Positions 1 through 11,395 of a stretch of DNA of 64,000 bases are shown piece by piece. Below the pieces are notes generated by a model, which did no database searches, was not told the DNA's origin, and worked only from the letters and a program-made list of their open reading frames with translations. Numbering within the stretch: the stretch's first letter is position 1; each line of letters begins with the position of its first letter. The translations under genes were made by a program, and so were the position numbers. Source of the stretch: Yuukianura sp. NJ FZ-2021 (Eukaryota); assembly GCA_046563655.1 (NCBI GenBank), contig CM102290.1, positions 7,626,001 to 7,690,000 on the forward strand, written 5' to 3'.

Positions 1-2369
1 AAATTTCCGTTGGAAGTGACGCTCAACCGATAAGTGGTGACCTACGACCCATCGGTACGCGCTGTAAACTTCAATGCCAGGCGGGAACAGTGCTACAAAC
101 TAAAGTTCTTCCTGTTCCGTCTTACGTCAACATTTACCATCCCTTCCACTATGAAATTGTAAGTGACGAGCCTCAACCAATCATAGAGAAGGAAGATCCT
201 CTGGTCATCAAGTGCTTGGCAACTGGAGTGTGGTCTCAGAATAACGGTGACCTTGAACTCGTCACTTGCATGTCACCCAACTGCCCACGGCTTACAGAAC
301 CGGAACACGGCTCACTCTTTCCAGAGAGTTGCCTGGAAGAGGAAGGAGTCCAAGTGGGGGCACAGTGTTTCGTTTCGTGTTCACCGGGGTGAGTCTTGTA
401 ATATTATTTATTATTATATTTATATTTTCTATATATTTTTGCATATATTAATTATTATATTAGGTATTACCCAAAGAATGGCAGACTCCGAACTTGCTCG
501 AAAAGTCTGACGTGGTTTCCGGAAGAGCGACCAGTTTGTTTAAAACTTCCGCCAACTCCACGACCTCAAATCCATTGCCCTTCGGACTTAGTCGTGGATT
601 TGAAGGCAGGCCAATCCTCTGCGCATGTCATCATTCCGCAACCGCAGGCTAACATGGACTGGTACAGGTACGCCAGCGGTATTTATAATTACCCCAGATA
701 TGTTTCTGCTATTTTGAAAAACCCGCCAAAATCTTTCTTCCTGTTGAATTCAGATATGTCCAAGCAGACCCACCTTGGGCCAAATCCCTGGAGTGGGACG
801 TCCCCGCCGGTATTACGGTAGTCGTCTTCACCGCACGCAGTCCAATATCAAACGATAGTGCGACGTGTCATTTTAGAATCCATATTGTCGGTAAATATCA
901 ACTATACATTAGAAACTTTACCAGCATGCTGCGTGTGGGCTTCGCCTAGAGGCCCAGACCTGTTCAATCCCCCTAATTTTATTTTTCATTAGGATTTTTG
1001 AAAATTCAAACACATCCAAAAATGGCATTTTAGATTTCAATTCAATTTTAACTCATCTTCCTTTCAATCCCCCTAATTTTATTTTTCATTAGGATTTTTG
1101 AAAATTCAAACAGATCCAAAAATGGCATTTTAGATTTCAATTCAATTTTAACTCATCTTCCTTTCAATCCCCCTAATTTTATTTTTCATTAGGATTTTTG
1201 AAAATTCAAGCACATCCAAAAATGGCATTTTAGATTTCAATTCAATTTTAACTCATCTTCCTGGTATTAACTATCAATTGTGTCTACAATTTATCCTTCA
1301 TAAATGTTCCTCGTGCTGTCATTTCAATCTGAAATTTGAAGCCTTCACAACATGCAAAGAGGGGACCCTTCCCACCAAAAAGATTTTTTTTTGTTGAAAG
1401 CGATCGGGCTTATCGTTCTACGTGAAAGGAAGAATTTTTTTTTTTTTTGCAAAAACTTGTCAAAAAAATAGTTTTTTTTCCCTGGATCCGAAAAATTTTT
1501 TAGTCCAGTTTGAGATTTTCATAAAAAATTTCGCTAAAACAAGGTTTTACAGTTTAAAAATAAGCTGTAAGTGGGTTTGGGATAGAAGTGAAAAAACTTT
1601 TTCGCAAAGTTCAGAAATGACAAAGTCCAAAAACATGCAAAGGGGGGACCATTCCCACCAAAAAGATTTTTTTTTGCGGAAAATGATGGGAAATAGTTTC
1701 AAAAACCCATCAGCATTATGACAGACAATTTTATTAATGACAGCGTTCAGTTAACTTTATAACTTTTAGACCGAGAAGCTCCACGAGTCCAGGGTTGTCC
1801 CACCTCATTTGACCTTCGACTTGACCCAAGTGAAACTTCCAAGGAAGTTTGGTGGTCTGACCCCAAGTTCACAGACAATGTCCAACTGCACTACGTTCAA
1901 CAGAGTCATACTCCAGGTCATCTGCTTGCTAAAGGAACACATCATATTACGTACGTGGCTGGAGATGCTGAAGGGAACAAGGCACGATGTGCATTCACAA
2001 TTACTGTGCATGGTACAAAATATAATTTTAAAAAATTGTTGAGATCTTTAACATTTTAATTTGGAAAACTAAAAATTAGGACCGGAGAGCTATGAGATGA
2101 GTGACCATTCGTTTTATGCAAGCAATGCCATGGGTGGACGTCACATGATCATCTGTCCCAATTTGAAGACGGGACGATGGAACGTCCATTTTGCTTACTA
2201 CCTTCCGCCAGGATGCAGATACCACTCTCCGCAGTACGGCTTCGTGTCCAAAGTATTCAACCAAAATCTACCCGCCACAACACAAAGATTCGAAAATTTT
2301 GGAACACGATCTCAACTGCGGCGTCGTGCAATTACTAGAACTTTTCGTCCCACGCGCAGAACTTTCTAA
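1..2369 (+). CDS. Sushi/CCP + HYR domain protein (SVEP1/SRPX-like), 5'-partial; exons ~1-388, 464-667, 754-890, 1770-2012, 2080-2369
   Basis: Spliced translation gives CCP modules (CPRLTEPEHGSLFPESC...CFVSCSPGY...TCSKSLTW..ERPVC) followed by two HYR-like repeats (IHCPSDLVVDL...ATCHFRIHIV; DREAPRVQGCP...KARCAFTITVH). GT-AG introns keep the frame. Confidence 0.8.
963..1262. repeat. Tandem repeat, 3 x 100 bp, intronic
   Basis: The unit TTCAATCCCCCTAATTTT...ACTCATCTTCCT starts at 963, 1063 and 1163. Only single substitutions were seen between copies (CACATCC/CAGATCC; TCAAA/TCAAG). Confidence 0.95.
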
Positions 2370-3058
2370 GTTCACTAGAATATATTCTATTATTTATAAT
2401 TTTCTTCGGTAACTTTGTTTACTATTCAGAGATTTTAAAGAATTATCACTAACATGTTTCAATAATTGCCTAAAAATTTATCCTTACAAAGTTCTACAAA
2501 CTCATGATTTTCATAATTGACTCTTAAATATTTCACAAAGTTTTAGACTGATGATGCAAATAAGTTGAGAAATGAATTTTATTTTTTATATTTTAATTTG
2601 TTGTAAAAAATCAAGCAAAAGTTTTTACTAAAAGTTAACCAAAAATAGTTTAGGTTTAATAACTAATTGCAATACTTAGGACTTTTGTAGCAATTTTTTA
2701 CCTTGCTATATATGTCTTATACTTGGTAACTTTTCCGATTAATATAGTTAAATTAAATAACATTTTGGATTACAATGCAACTAAACGCTGTACAGAAAAG
2801 TGAAAAGTTTCAAAGTTGCTCATGCAACAATTTTTTTGAATATATTGCATGTATTAATTTCGCAAGGAAGTGAAAGCTTTTGCAGATTGGCAGACACATG
2901 TGCCAATTATTTTCCATTGATTAGAAGAATTTTTCGAAGTTTATTGACACTATCGTTATTACAGTTGGGTTAGCAGTTAAAAAATAGAAGGATCTTGTTC
3001 AAATTCCATATAAAGTAAGAGCACAGTGAAATTAATAAAATTAGGAAAGATTTCAAAG

Positions 3059-3807
3059 ATGCAGAAATTTTTTAAATTTTCCTTGTGTATAATAGTTGCC
3101 GTTTTGACAAAGGTAAAAATTGCAGAATTTTGGTGTTCGCAACTGCAAACACATTTTTTTTTTAAATTTTCAGTTTCAAGTTCAGGGTGTGCCTATTCTA
3201 AACAGTGTAATTGGCGCTCAGAACCAGACGGTAAGGTGAACACTTTTTCCAATTACTTTCTAATGTTTTCACACGACGAAATTGAAAAAAAAACTCCTAG
3301 ACAGAAACAGTCGTTGATGCAATCAGAAACGAAGGTCAAGTAAAGGCAAGCCGATTCCTTGGATTTTTGAATGGTCTGAACAATTTGGTCAACCGTCGTC
3401 CGACACCAGCACCCTCTGCACTCGGAACCAGTAACGACCGAAACATTCCCGCAACGACGCCACGACTCACTGGTCGCCCCGGACTGGGTTTTATTCCGGA
3501 CGTCTCCAAGGGACTCAATACTATCCTCAATGGAGTAGCAACTGGGAATCTGGAAAAAGTACTGGAAGGATCCTTTGTTTTTGCCCCCAATGGAGTCCAA
3601 CTTGTGGCTGGAAATGTGCTGGACAGAGTGTTTCTGTCCAGTACGGCTTCTCCTGTCACCCAGGTAACCAGCACTGCTGCTTCCGGTTCAAGACACATGA
3701 GTTCCCAAGAAGCACAGGAAGCACTGTTGAAAATCATACAGGAACAACAAAACAGAATCAGTGCTCTCCAGAATTCGCAAAATGACAATAGAGTCAAGGT
3801 TCCTTGA
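3059..3807 (+). CDS. Small secreted protein of unknown function; exons ~3059-3112, 3174-3230, 3301-3807
   Basis: Signal peptide-like start MQKFFKFSLCIIVAVLTK|FQVQGVP, two phase-0 GT-AG introns joining into ORF 3367-3807, and a C-terminal coiled-coil-like Q-rich stretch. Confidence 0.65.
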
Positions 3808-4235
3808 CAACCGAATTGTGATTTCTACAACAGGTTGTCCAATAGGGTTTCGAAAAATCTTACTTCAAACAAATTTCTGCACCCATTCTGCACCAATCCC
3901 ATTTACATTACACACAAAAATTACCATAGAAAGTCAGATTTGCCATTTTCAAACAAATTTAGAAACTTCCAGTCATTGGACAACCTGGTGTAGAAAAAGT
4001 TTTTTTTTGTTTACGAACCTCGAATAGAGTAGTTGACCCCGTAAGGTTCGGAATGTTGGGGTAAATAAAGCGAAGTTTCAGAAGAGCAATAAACTGTATT
4101 CAAAGGAAAACCATAAAATCAAAAATAACATCGTAATTGCCAAATGCTAAAATCTGAATCACCAAAAAATACTGAAGAAGTACAAACATCCGTAATTTTT
4201 GGTTGAAAACAAACTGAAAATTCATAAAACTAAAA

Positions 4236-5762
4236 TTATTGCGCTTGGTTCTCTTCGCCATCCGTGCCGTACCAAATGGCTTGAGCATGTTTGAGAGCGT
4301 CCACAATTTCAAAAAATGTTGGACGACCATTTGGAGCATAAGCAAAGCAACGTTCTACTGTTTCCAAAATGTACGGCGGAGCTTGAAGGCTGTCATAGTC
4401 CAAAGGTGTTTTTCCCAACACCAGCGCCTCCGCAACCTGCGAAAATTTCAAAATTGGAGACTATTTTTTAAAAAAATTGAAGTTAGAGGTTAACGAAGCT
4501 ACTTGTTTGCTGGTTTCAAGGGGACTGTAAGGGATTTTTCCTTTTGACCAGAACTCGAACATTAGAACGCCATAGGCCCATACATCTAGCAATTGAAAAA
4601 ACGACATATTTTTGTTAACTTTAAATTCTAGTTAGCTATTGAAAAAAAAAGTTCTAGTATTTCAAATTTCACCGCCTGGTCTGATCTGTACTGGTGGGAA
4701 AGAGCCTCCTGGAATGAACTCAGGCGCTTTCCAACGTGCTCCAGTGATACGTCGAATTGGAATGTCCTTTGGACGCCCACTGTCACCAAAGGGCTAAAAC
4801 ACACAATTAAAAGTCGTTTTACATTCACGGAGTTACTGTTTTCAAAACTTTTTAAACATTGAAATTCAAAATAGGAGCGATTTTAAATTTTACATGTCGC
4901 AGTATTTCTGCTTCATCTTCATTCGTATCCAACGTAAAAGAGAGTCCAAAATCCCCAATTTTGGCGACATTGTTCCTGTTGACAAAGCAGTTCCTTGCAT
5001 GCAGATCACAATGAACAATTAAATTTTGATGGATGTACTTCATGCCTTCGGCGATGTCGAGGCTGAGCTGTGTCCACAGTTTCTAAGAATTTTGAACAAT
5101 AGGTACTTATTTAGAGAACAATCAGAATCAATTGTTTACTTTAATTTGTAAGTACATAATCAGTTCCAAGCTTCCTCTGGATACGTTTCTCAATGAACTG
5201 AAGAAGATCTCCCTTGTCAGCATACTCCATCAACATCCAAGTCAAATGACTTTCTACCAAAAAATTGGCAAATATTCAGTCAATAAGCTAAGTGATTCGC
5301 AACTCAAAATTTCAAAATGGACAAAACATGACCTACCCCTTCTGGACATACCGTTATCCACGCCGTCAAAGGTAAAGCCGACAGCGATTCCAGCCAAGCC
5401 AATAACGTTAGCATGATTCAGTTTAGCCAAACATTCAACCTCTGCCCTTACTTCATCTTCTGTACTCCGTTTGGGAATTTTTACGGTAATCCACTTGGGT
5501 ACCGTGGCGTTCCAAATTTTGGCTAAAATGGACAAAATAGCTAAACTTTTCATGGTTACGACTACCAGCATGATTTAGCAGAATGTACAGTTTCAACAGT
5601 TTAGCAACAACAATATATAAAGTGTTTGAATGTTGCTGAAGATTTGTAAATCTTACCAAGATAGACAGTAGAAAAGGCTCCCTTGCCAATGACCTTGTTC
5701 AAGAACAGGTCATCTTTTGCAAACGTTGGGATTTTGGTCAATTCAAGTACGTTGCCCGCCAT
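4236..5762 (-). CDS. Atypical cytoplasmic tyrosine-kinase/TKL-type protein kinase (kinase domain only, 7 exons)
   Basis: Motifs in order across spliced exons: IGKGAFSTVY, ITVK, EVECLAKLNHANVI, MEYADKGDL, HCDLHARNC, KIGDFGLS, RWKAPE, DVWAYGVL..E, C...PNGRPTF. Confidence 0.85.
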
Positions 5763-6872
5763 GCTCGGTGGATGGGAAGTTATAAAATGAACTTGTCCTG
5801 CCAAGGTGGCATTAACAATTAAACTTTGTGTCGCAAAAGTTATTAGTTTTATGTTGTTTTCATTTAAAGTAAACTAAAAGACAATTGAATGTGGGGTGAC
5901 CTGGCAAGGTTGAGGGAGACGCTGAGGTTAAACGACGCCACTTCCTAAACAATTGGTCATTTAAATGGCTCTGGTTTTGCCAATTTGCCATTAATTTTAT
6001 TGCAACTGGCAATTTCCAGGCGACCAGTGTAGCTGCATATTCTGAATTCCTGGCTATGTTTGGAAGCCTGGAGTGACATTCTGGAAGGGCCAAGACCACT
6101 TTTAGCACGTCGAATAATTTTTGCTTTTCCTTTTGCCAGTAACCTACAATTTTCATGGATTAATTAACTGCGTTAAGTTATACTTGATTAACTTAACAGC
6201 GATAGTCAGTGGCGTCAGTGTGCGCACCTTTGAAGGTGCGCAATTGAATGAAATTGAATGGAAACCCTCCTCTCAGCCTCCCACGCTTTGCAAGAAAACC
6301 TAGCACAAGCCTATCGCCCCTTCCCCAAGTTAATTTATATCCTCCTTACAGCTGTCCTCCACAACAATCTTAGACAACATAACATAATTAACAAATTGAC
6401 AGTTGACGTGTACTTGCATCAGGGAAACGTTTTCAAATTCACCAACTATCTTTCGTTGTTACCGATTATTTGTTCATGTAGTGACCCAAAAAGAACTGGG
6501 TAAGTCGGTTTTACGAACTAGAATCGAAAAGGATTCGTGACTCTCGTCACGGTCATAATTTTACGTTGACAACGTTACAAAAGGCCAAAGGTGACCAAAC
6601 TAAAATATTTTCGAACAGACATTGATTTGAAACGATTATCTAATCCTTCATCACTTGTGGTTTTAGGATACTTCTGTGGGAGGAAGCGTATGAAGTTTAT
6701 GAAAGTGCTGTCTAGTCATCACACCACATTTACAACACAAATTGGAATTTATTCCATCACGTAAGTGATAAACGATTCTTGAAATTGTATTTTGAAAGTT
6801 GGGAAGTTTATTTATTTTTCTGAATGATAGAAAACGTCGTCTCAACTAAATTATCAACGTGAGCGATACGAC

Positions 6873-8020
6873 ATGGCTTCATCGTCTGTATCTCAGGAAG
6901 ATCATGATGTGGAACATGAGTATGCAATGGCTAGTCGTCGACAGAAAGTGAGATCAGCCAGAGCCAATCGTACCGTCAATTCTTATCCTTCTCAGTCAAA
7001 TCGTGGTAAGTTGTTTTTAGGATGAATCCTAGATTGATGGAACCAGCAGACCGGTGAAAGTGTATTTAAAACATTTTTTTTCAATGTGAATTGCAGCAGA
7101 GGAACCCGATCGAGATGTAGATGAAACCGCATTGAAACATGACACTAATCCTGCAGTCATTCTTGTCGAACAGAATGAAGCAAGTCCAAAACCGATTTGT
7201 CGAATTGCAAAGGACAAGCGCCAAGGTGTAAGGTACGGTGGTGCCCTATGAGTCTTGTAGTAGTCGTTTGGACACCATTTTCAGCCTTTTCAAAGGATTA
7301 GCAATTGACACATATTTCTGATCAATTTAGACCGTGTCATCCTGCTGGAAAGCAGAACAAAGGCGTTCGGGACCGTCGGAAGTTGCGGGAGAAGAGGCGA
7401 AGTACTGGTGTCATGCACGTTCCATCTACAGAATCCACTGGTGGATCAACTGGAGAAGATGAAAACAATGAAAATTCACCATTAGGAGGGAACGCTACGC
7501 GACAGCCAGTCACTGGTGCAGAATTTGAAGAAAAAGTTACAATTTCGGGGAAGCCTGGACAAAGGTTGGTCTTGTCATTAGTCTCAGTTCCATGTGCTAG
7601 TAGTTGCTCAATGTTTTAACTGACTATTTGCTTATACTTGCTTTCAGTGAGTCTGATCTGGATGCCGATGATGAGGCTAATAACAGCGGCGACGTGCGAA
7701 TTGTTGCTCCGGTAAGACTCATATTAGCAAAAACTATCATGTTGGTCTTGTTACCAACTTCTGGATTAGCAGCTAGTAGCTAAAAGTAGGCAATTCTAAC
7801 ACGTTGTAACATTATTGAATAGGAGGAGGGGGATTTGCTCACTTGTGACAATGAGCAACTAATTCGAATGCTAGAAGCCAAGGACAAGAGGATCTCAACG
7901 CTAGAAATGCAAGTGGCTCAACTGACAAAGCAAATGTCAGAGATCCGAGATGAGAATGGCAGACTTCTTCGTACACTGAATCTCCACCAGAGCACTTCCA
8001 GAGGTTCTTGGAAAAAGTGA
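6873..8020 (+). CDS. PAWR: PRKC apoptosis WT1 regulator (Par-4)-like protein
   Basis: Contains the motif KGVRDRRKLREKRRSTGV and a C-terminal leucine-zipper coiled coil (LIRMLEAKDKRISTLEMQVAQL...ENGRLLRTL). Multi-exon, starting MASSSVSQED. Confidence 0.7.
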
Positions 8021-8673
8021 ACTTCTGCAGTCAACTCCAGAAACTACTAATCACTATCATGCAGCATTACTCTAATCTCATCGCATTACGTTATCAGCCG
8101 AGTATCTCCCGTCTTGAAATCCATTAATTTGTACTATTGCACTCCTTTGTTCAGCTGCATTGAGAAACCTACAACCTAACCAGGGTGAAGGAATATCCTT
8201 AGGAATTATCAATTGTTTAATAGTAAGGTATTTGAATCTTTTTAGAGCACGACTCGCTATACTAGTTAGAAAGGTGTAGCATAAACCGAAGTTTGTGGCA
8301 TAAGGTTATGAATTTATTGTAAAGGAGAAATAACTCGAAATCCACAGGAAGTAAACGTAAAAGTAAACCATAAACTACATTTGAACTGGTCACTAAATAC
8401 TAAATAAAGTTCAATTAGGAGAGTTTATTATTCTTCTGCCAGCTGAATTGAATAAGAACAGATTTATAAGCAGAACCCACATAGAATTGTACCAACTACT
8501 AACTCAATTACATTGTATTCTCTAACATATTGGTTAATTGAACAGATCCCTCTCTATTAATGTCCAGCCTCAACGTCAATACCGTAAGAACACTGACAAA
8601 ATCTGTGTGAAGGACTCCTTCCCACATTTTTACATATTAGATACTGCGAAGGGATCAGTTACAAGCTTGCCAC

Positions 8674-11395
8674 TTACATGGAGTCATCATATATGTAATC
8701 ATCATCTTCTGACAAATCATCGGCTACAGGATAAGCGATACGAATACGATTCTGGCGTACGCTCTGTCTTGGATTTGCTTCTTCACCAGTTGGATACTGA
8801 TATCTTGGAGGCAGAAACGAAAACCCTGCCTGAGCGAACGACTTCGGGAATTCAACTCGTAATGTACGAGGATCCAACTCTGGAGGCGATGGAGTCGTCG
8901 TGTAGCCTGAACCCCTGTCGTTGTTGACATTGACGAGAGCTATTGTCGGCGTATCCGATCCAATGTTATTGACATTGACGACCGCTGTAGTCGCAGCATC
9001 AGAGCCCGTGTTATTGGCATTGACGACCGCTGTAGTCGCAGCATCAGAGCCCGTGTTATTGGCATTGACGACCATTGTAGTCGCAGCATCAGAGCCCATG
9101 TTATTGGCATTGACGACCGCTGTAGTCGCAGCATCAGAGCCCGTGTTATTGGCATTCACGACCATTGTAGTCGCAGCATCAGAGCCCATGTTATTGGCAT
9201 TGACGACCGCTGTAGTCGGAGCATTAGAAACAATGCTATTGACACCGACTGGTACTGTAGTCGGAGCATCAGAGACAATGTTATTGACATCGGCTGGTGC
9301 TGGAGTCGTACTATCTTCTGAGCGTAAGCTATTGGCATTGACATGCGACGGATCCCTACGATTCTCTGACCTGATGTTATTGGCAGGCGGTCGAGTTTTA
9401 GTAGCATCTTGTGATCCCATATTAATAGCATTGACGACTCTCACAATTCGATTCTTTTCAGCTTGCATCAATTCATCGAAGTCGTCCTTTTGCAAAGATG
9501 TCGACTCCAAAGACAAAAGTAAAGCTCCCGTCAGGGACAAATTGTCAAAGCCTCCATTGAGAATCATGGGGCGATACGGAAATGGGTGGGCAGCCAAACA
9601 GTATCCGCGGTCGTGCAGCATAGCAGTAATGTTTTGGTGTGCTACGCTGGCCTCAGCATCTATTTGAGCTCGACGCTTCTGTTCTCGGGTTGCTGCTAGC
9701 TCAGTTGTAAAAATCCCCGAGGCGTCGAGAGGCCTTTGCCGAAGACTAGCATATGAAAATTCGAATTCGTCAGCATTCTGCACATTCTCCTTGTTGCCAA
9801 GATCTTTGCTGGTAAATTCTTTCTTCACAAGCTCCACCGAGTAGAGGAACTTATCTCTTAAGTCGTTTGGATTTTCTTCTCGATGAGACATTTTCCTGGA
9901 AGAATAGGAGACAATAATACGAATACCACTTCAAAATTTCAACGCAGCGTAGTTTTTTAACGTTAGAAACATCAGCTCACCTGCCTTTGTACTTTATAAA
10001 CATTTCTGTGTTCATTACTTGATCTCTGAAAAATTCGACTGCCTCTGTAGAAAAATTAGCTCCGACTGGTATGACCCCATCAAGCTCACACCGGAAACAC
10101 TGGTGAAACACAGTAACACAGTATGTAATATGCATATATTAGTACCTACTATATAGTTTTTAGAAGTATATACAAGCTCTATTAAAATCATTGGTAAATC
10201 GGATTAAAATAGCTCACCATTGGTGGAACACTTGTAAACCGCGGTGGTAAAGATGCAACTTCGTCGAGGGGAACTTGTACCACTATTCCAAAATCCACCA
10301 ACCGCGCTCGTACAAATGGGCATGCGAATGGGTCGTCGGTGTTATACTTGACCTCATCTAATACTGTAGCCCGATACCAGTACGACTGATCAATCGGCTC
10401 CATTCCTACAGAAGACTTCTTGTGTCTGACAGCTACGAGTTGGAATTTTTGGTACTCGGGAAGCTGAAAACCCCGCTTCTTAGCGTTCATGAATTTCTCT
10501 AGCATTGTATGGAACTCGTTCATTCCATATAGACCTTCCCCTGTACCTAGGACACAAATCTCCCGTGTTTAGAAAAAATAAACCAAGAGCCGGACATAAA
10601 CTGCATTTAAAAGGGACCCTAATTTCATACCGTTGAACTCTTCGCCAGTTACATTGTCGTCGTCGCAACGCCCACAAAGACATGCTATGTATCGCTTTGG
10701 AATTATGTAGAATTCCAACGGCGAAACCACATGGACAACTTTCCCAAGAAATTGAATGTTTTTCTTGGGCTCGTGTTTCAGCGTTGGAGGCAGTTTAGAA
10801 GCAAAGATAATAGTTCTTCCAGGGATAGTAGATGTAGAGCTATTACCTAAAACATACCATCAGATAAATACTATATGACTTAATTAGTAAGCAAAGTAGT
10901 TATAACTTCGTCATCGTTAACGGGTAAATTCTGGAGAAGCTTACAAGTATTCGTCGTCGGTTCTACAGGATGCTTCCGGAGACAGTTTTTTCCCTTGAAG
11001 CAGCTGCCTTTTCCGTCATGGTAGTGACAAATTACATCCCTGATTGACCTAAATTCTCCTTCGGCTTGTAGCCCACCAAGAACGAGGGCTGGTGTATAGT
11101 ACGAATTCGCGAATCCAAAATTCATGGCTGAATGGAAAGCTTCAGTCATCGGTTCCCTTGTATTCATGTCACTAGTAACGCTGGTATTCAGGCCGTTAGT
11201 GATTGGTGCCCTGGTATTCATGTCGGCAGCAGTTGGTCCGCTGGTATTCACGTCACTAGTAGTTGGTCGGCCGATATTCCTGTCACTAGTAGTCTGTCCG
11301 CTGGCATTCATGTCGCTGGTAGTCGGTCCGCTGGAATTCATGTCGCTAATTGTTGGTCCGCTGGTGCTGGTATGGTTATTAGTCAATGCGTCCAT
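8674..11395 (-). CDS. CCCH zinc finger + extended Tudor domain protein (Krimper-like architecture); exons ~11395-10945, 10846-10631, 10546-10218, 10099-9981, 9895-8674
   Basis: Zinc finger CHYHDGKGSCFKGKNCLRKH; Tudor core YWYRATV...RARLVDFG...SLPPRFTSVPPM|CFRCELDGV. The frame across the last splice junction was checked (KYKGR-KMSHREE). Confidence 0.8.
8930..9290 (-). repeat. Coding minisatellite, 45-nt unit (15 aa, VVNANNTGSDAATTA)
   Basis: Units start at 8975, 9020, 9065, 9110, 9155 and 9200, with degenerate copies on both sides. Confidence 0.95.
11160..11370 (-). repeat. Coding minisatellite, 30-nt unit (10 aa, ~SGPTTSDMNT)
   Basis: CTGGTATTCATGTC...GGTCCG variants recur every 30 nt at 11211, 11241, 11271, 11301 and 11331. 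Confidence 0.9.

Noticed and set aside
963..1262. Regularly spaced repeats as a CRISPR array
   Set aside because: The units are contiguous with no unique spacers, there are no cas genes, and the context is a eukaryotic intron.
1422..1721. 99-aa ORF, and other F/K-rich ORFs (28896-29315, 37779-38009, 62214-62767)
   Set aside because: Low-complexity translations of AT-rich repeat or intergenic DNA, with no domains or splice support.
3253..3797. Minus-strand ORFs of 115 and 153 aa
   Set aside because: They overlap a better-supported spliced plus-strand gene with a signal peptide.
8921..9667. 248-aa plus-strand ORF (and the similar one at 11124-11420) as separate genes
   Set aside because: These are antisense shadows of stop-free coding minisatellites in the Tudor gene.
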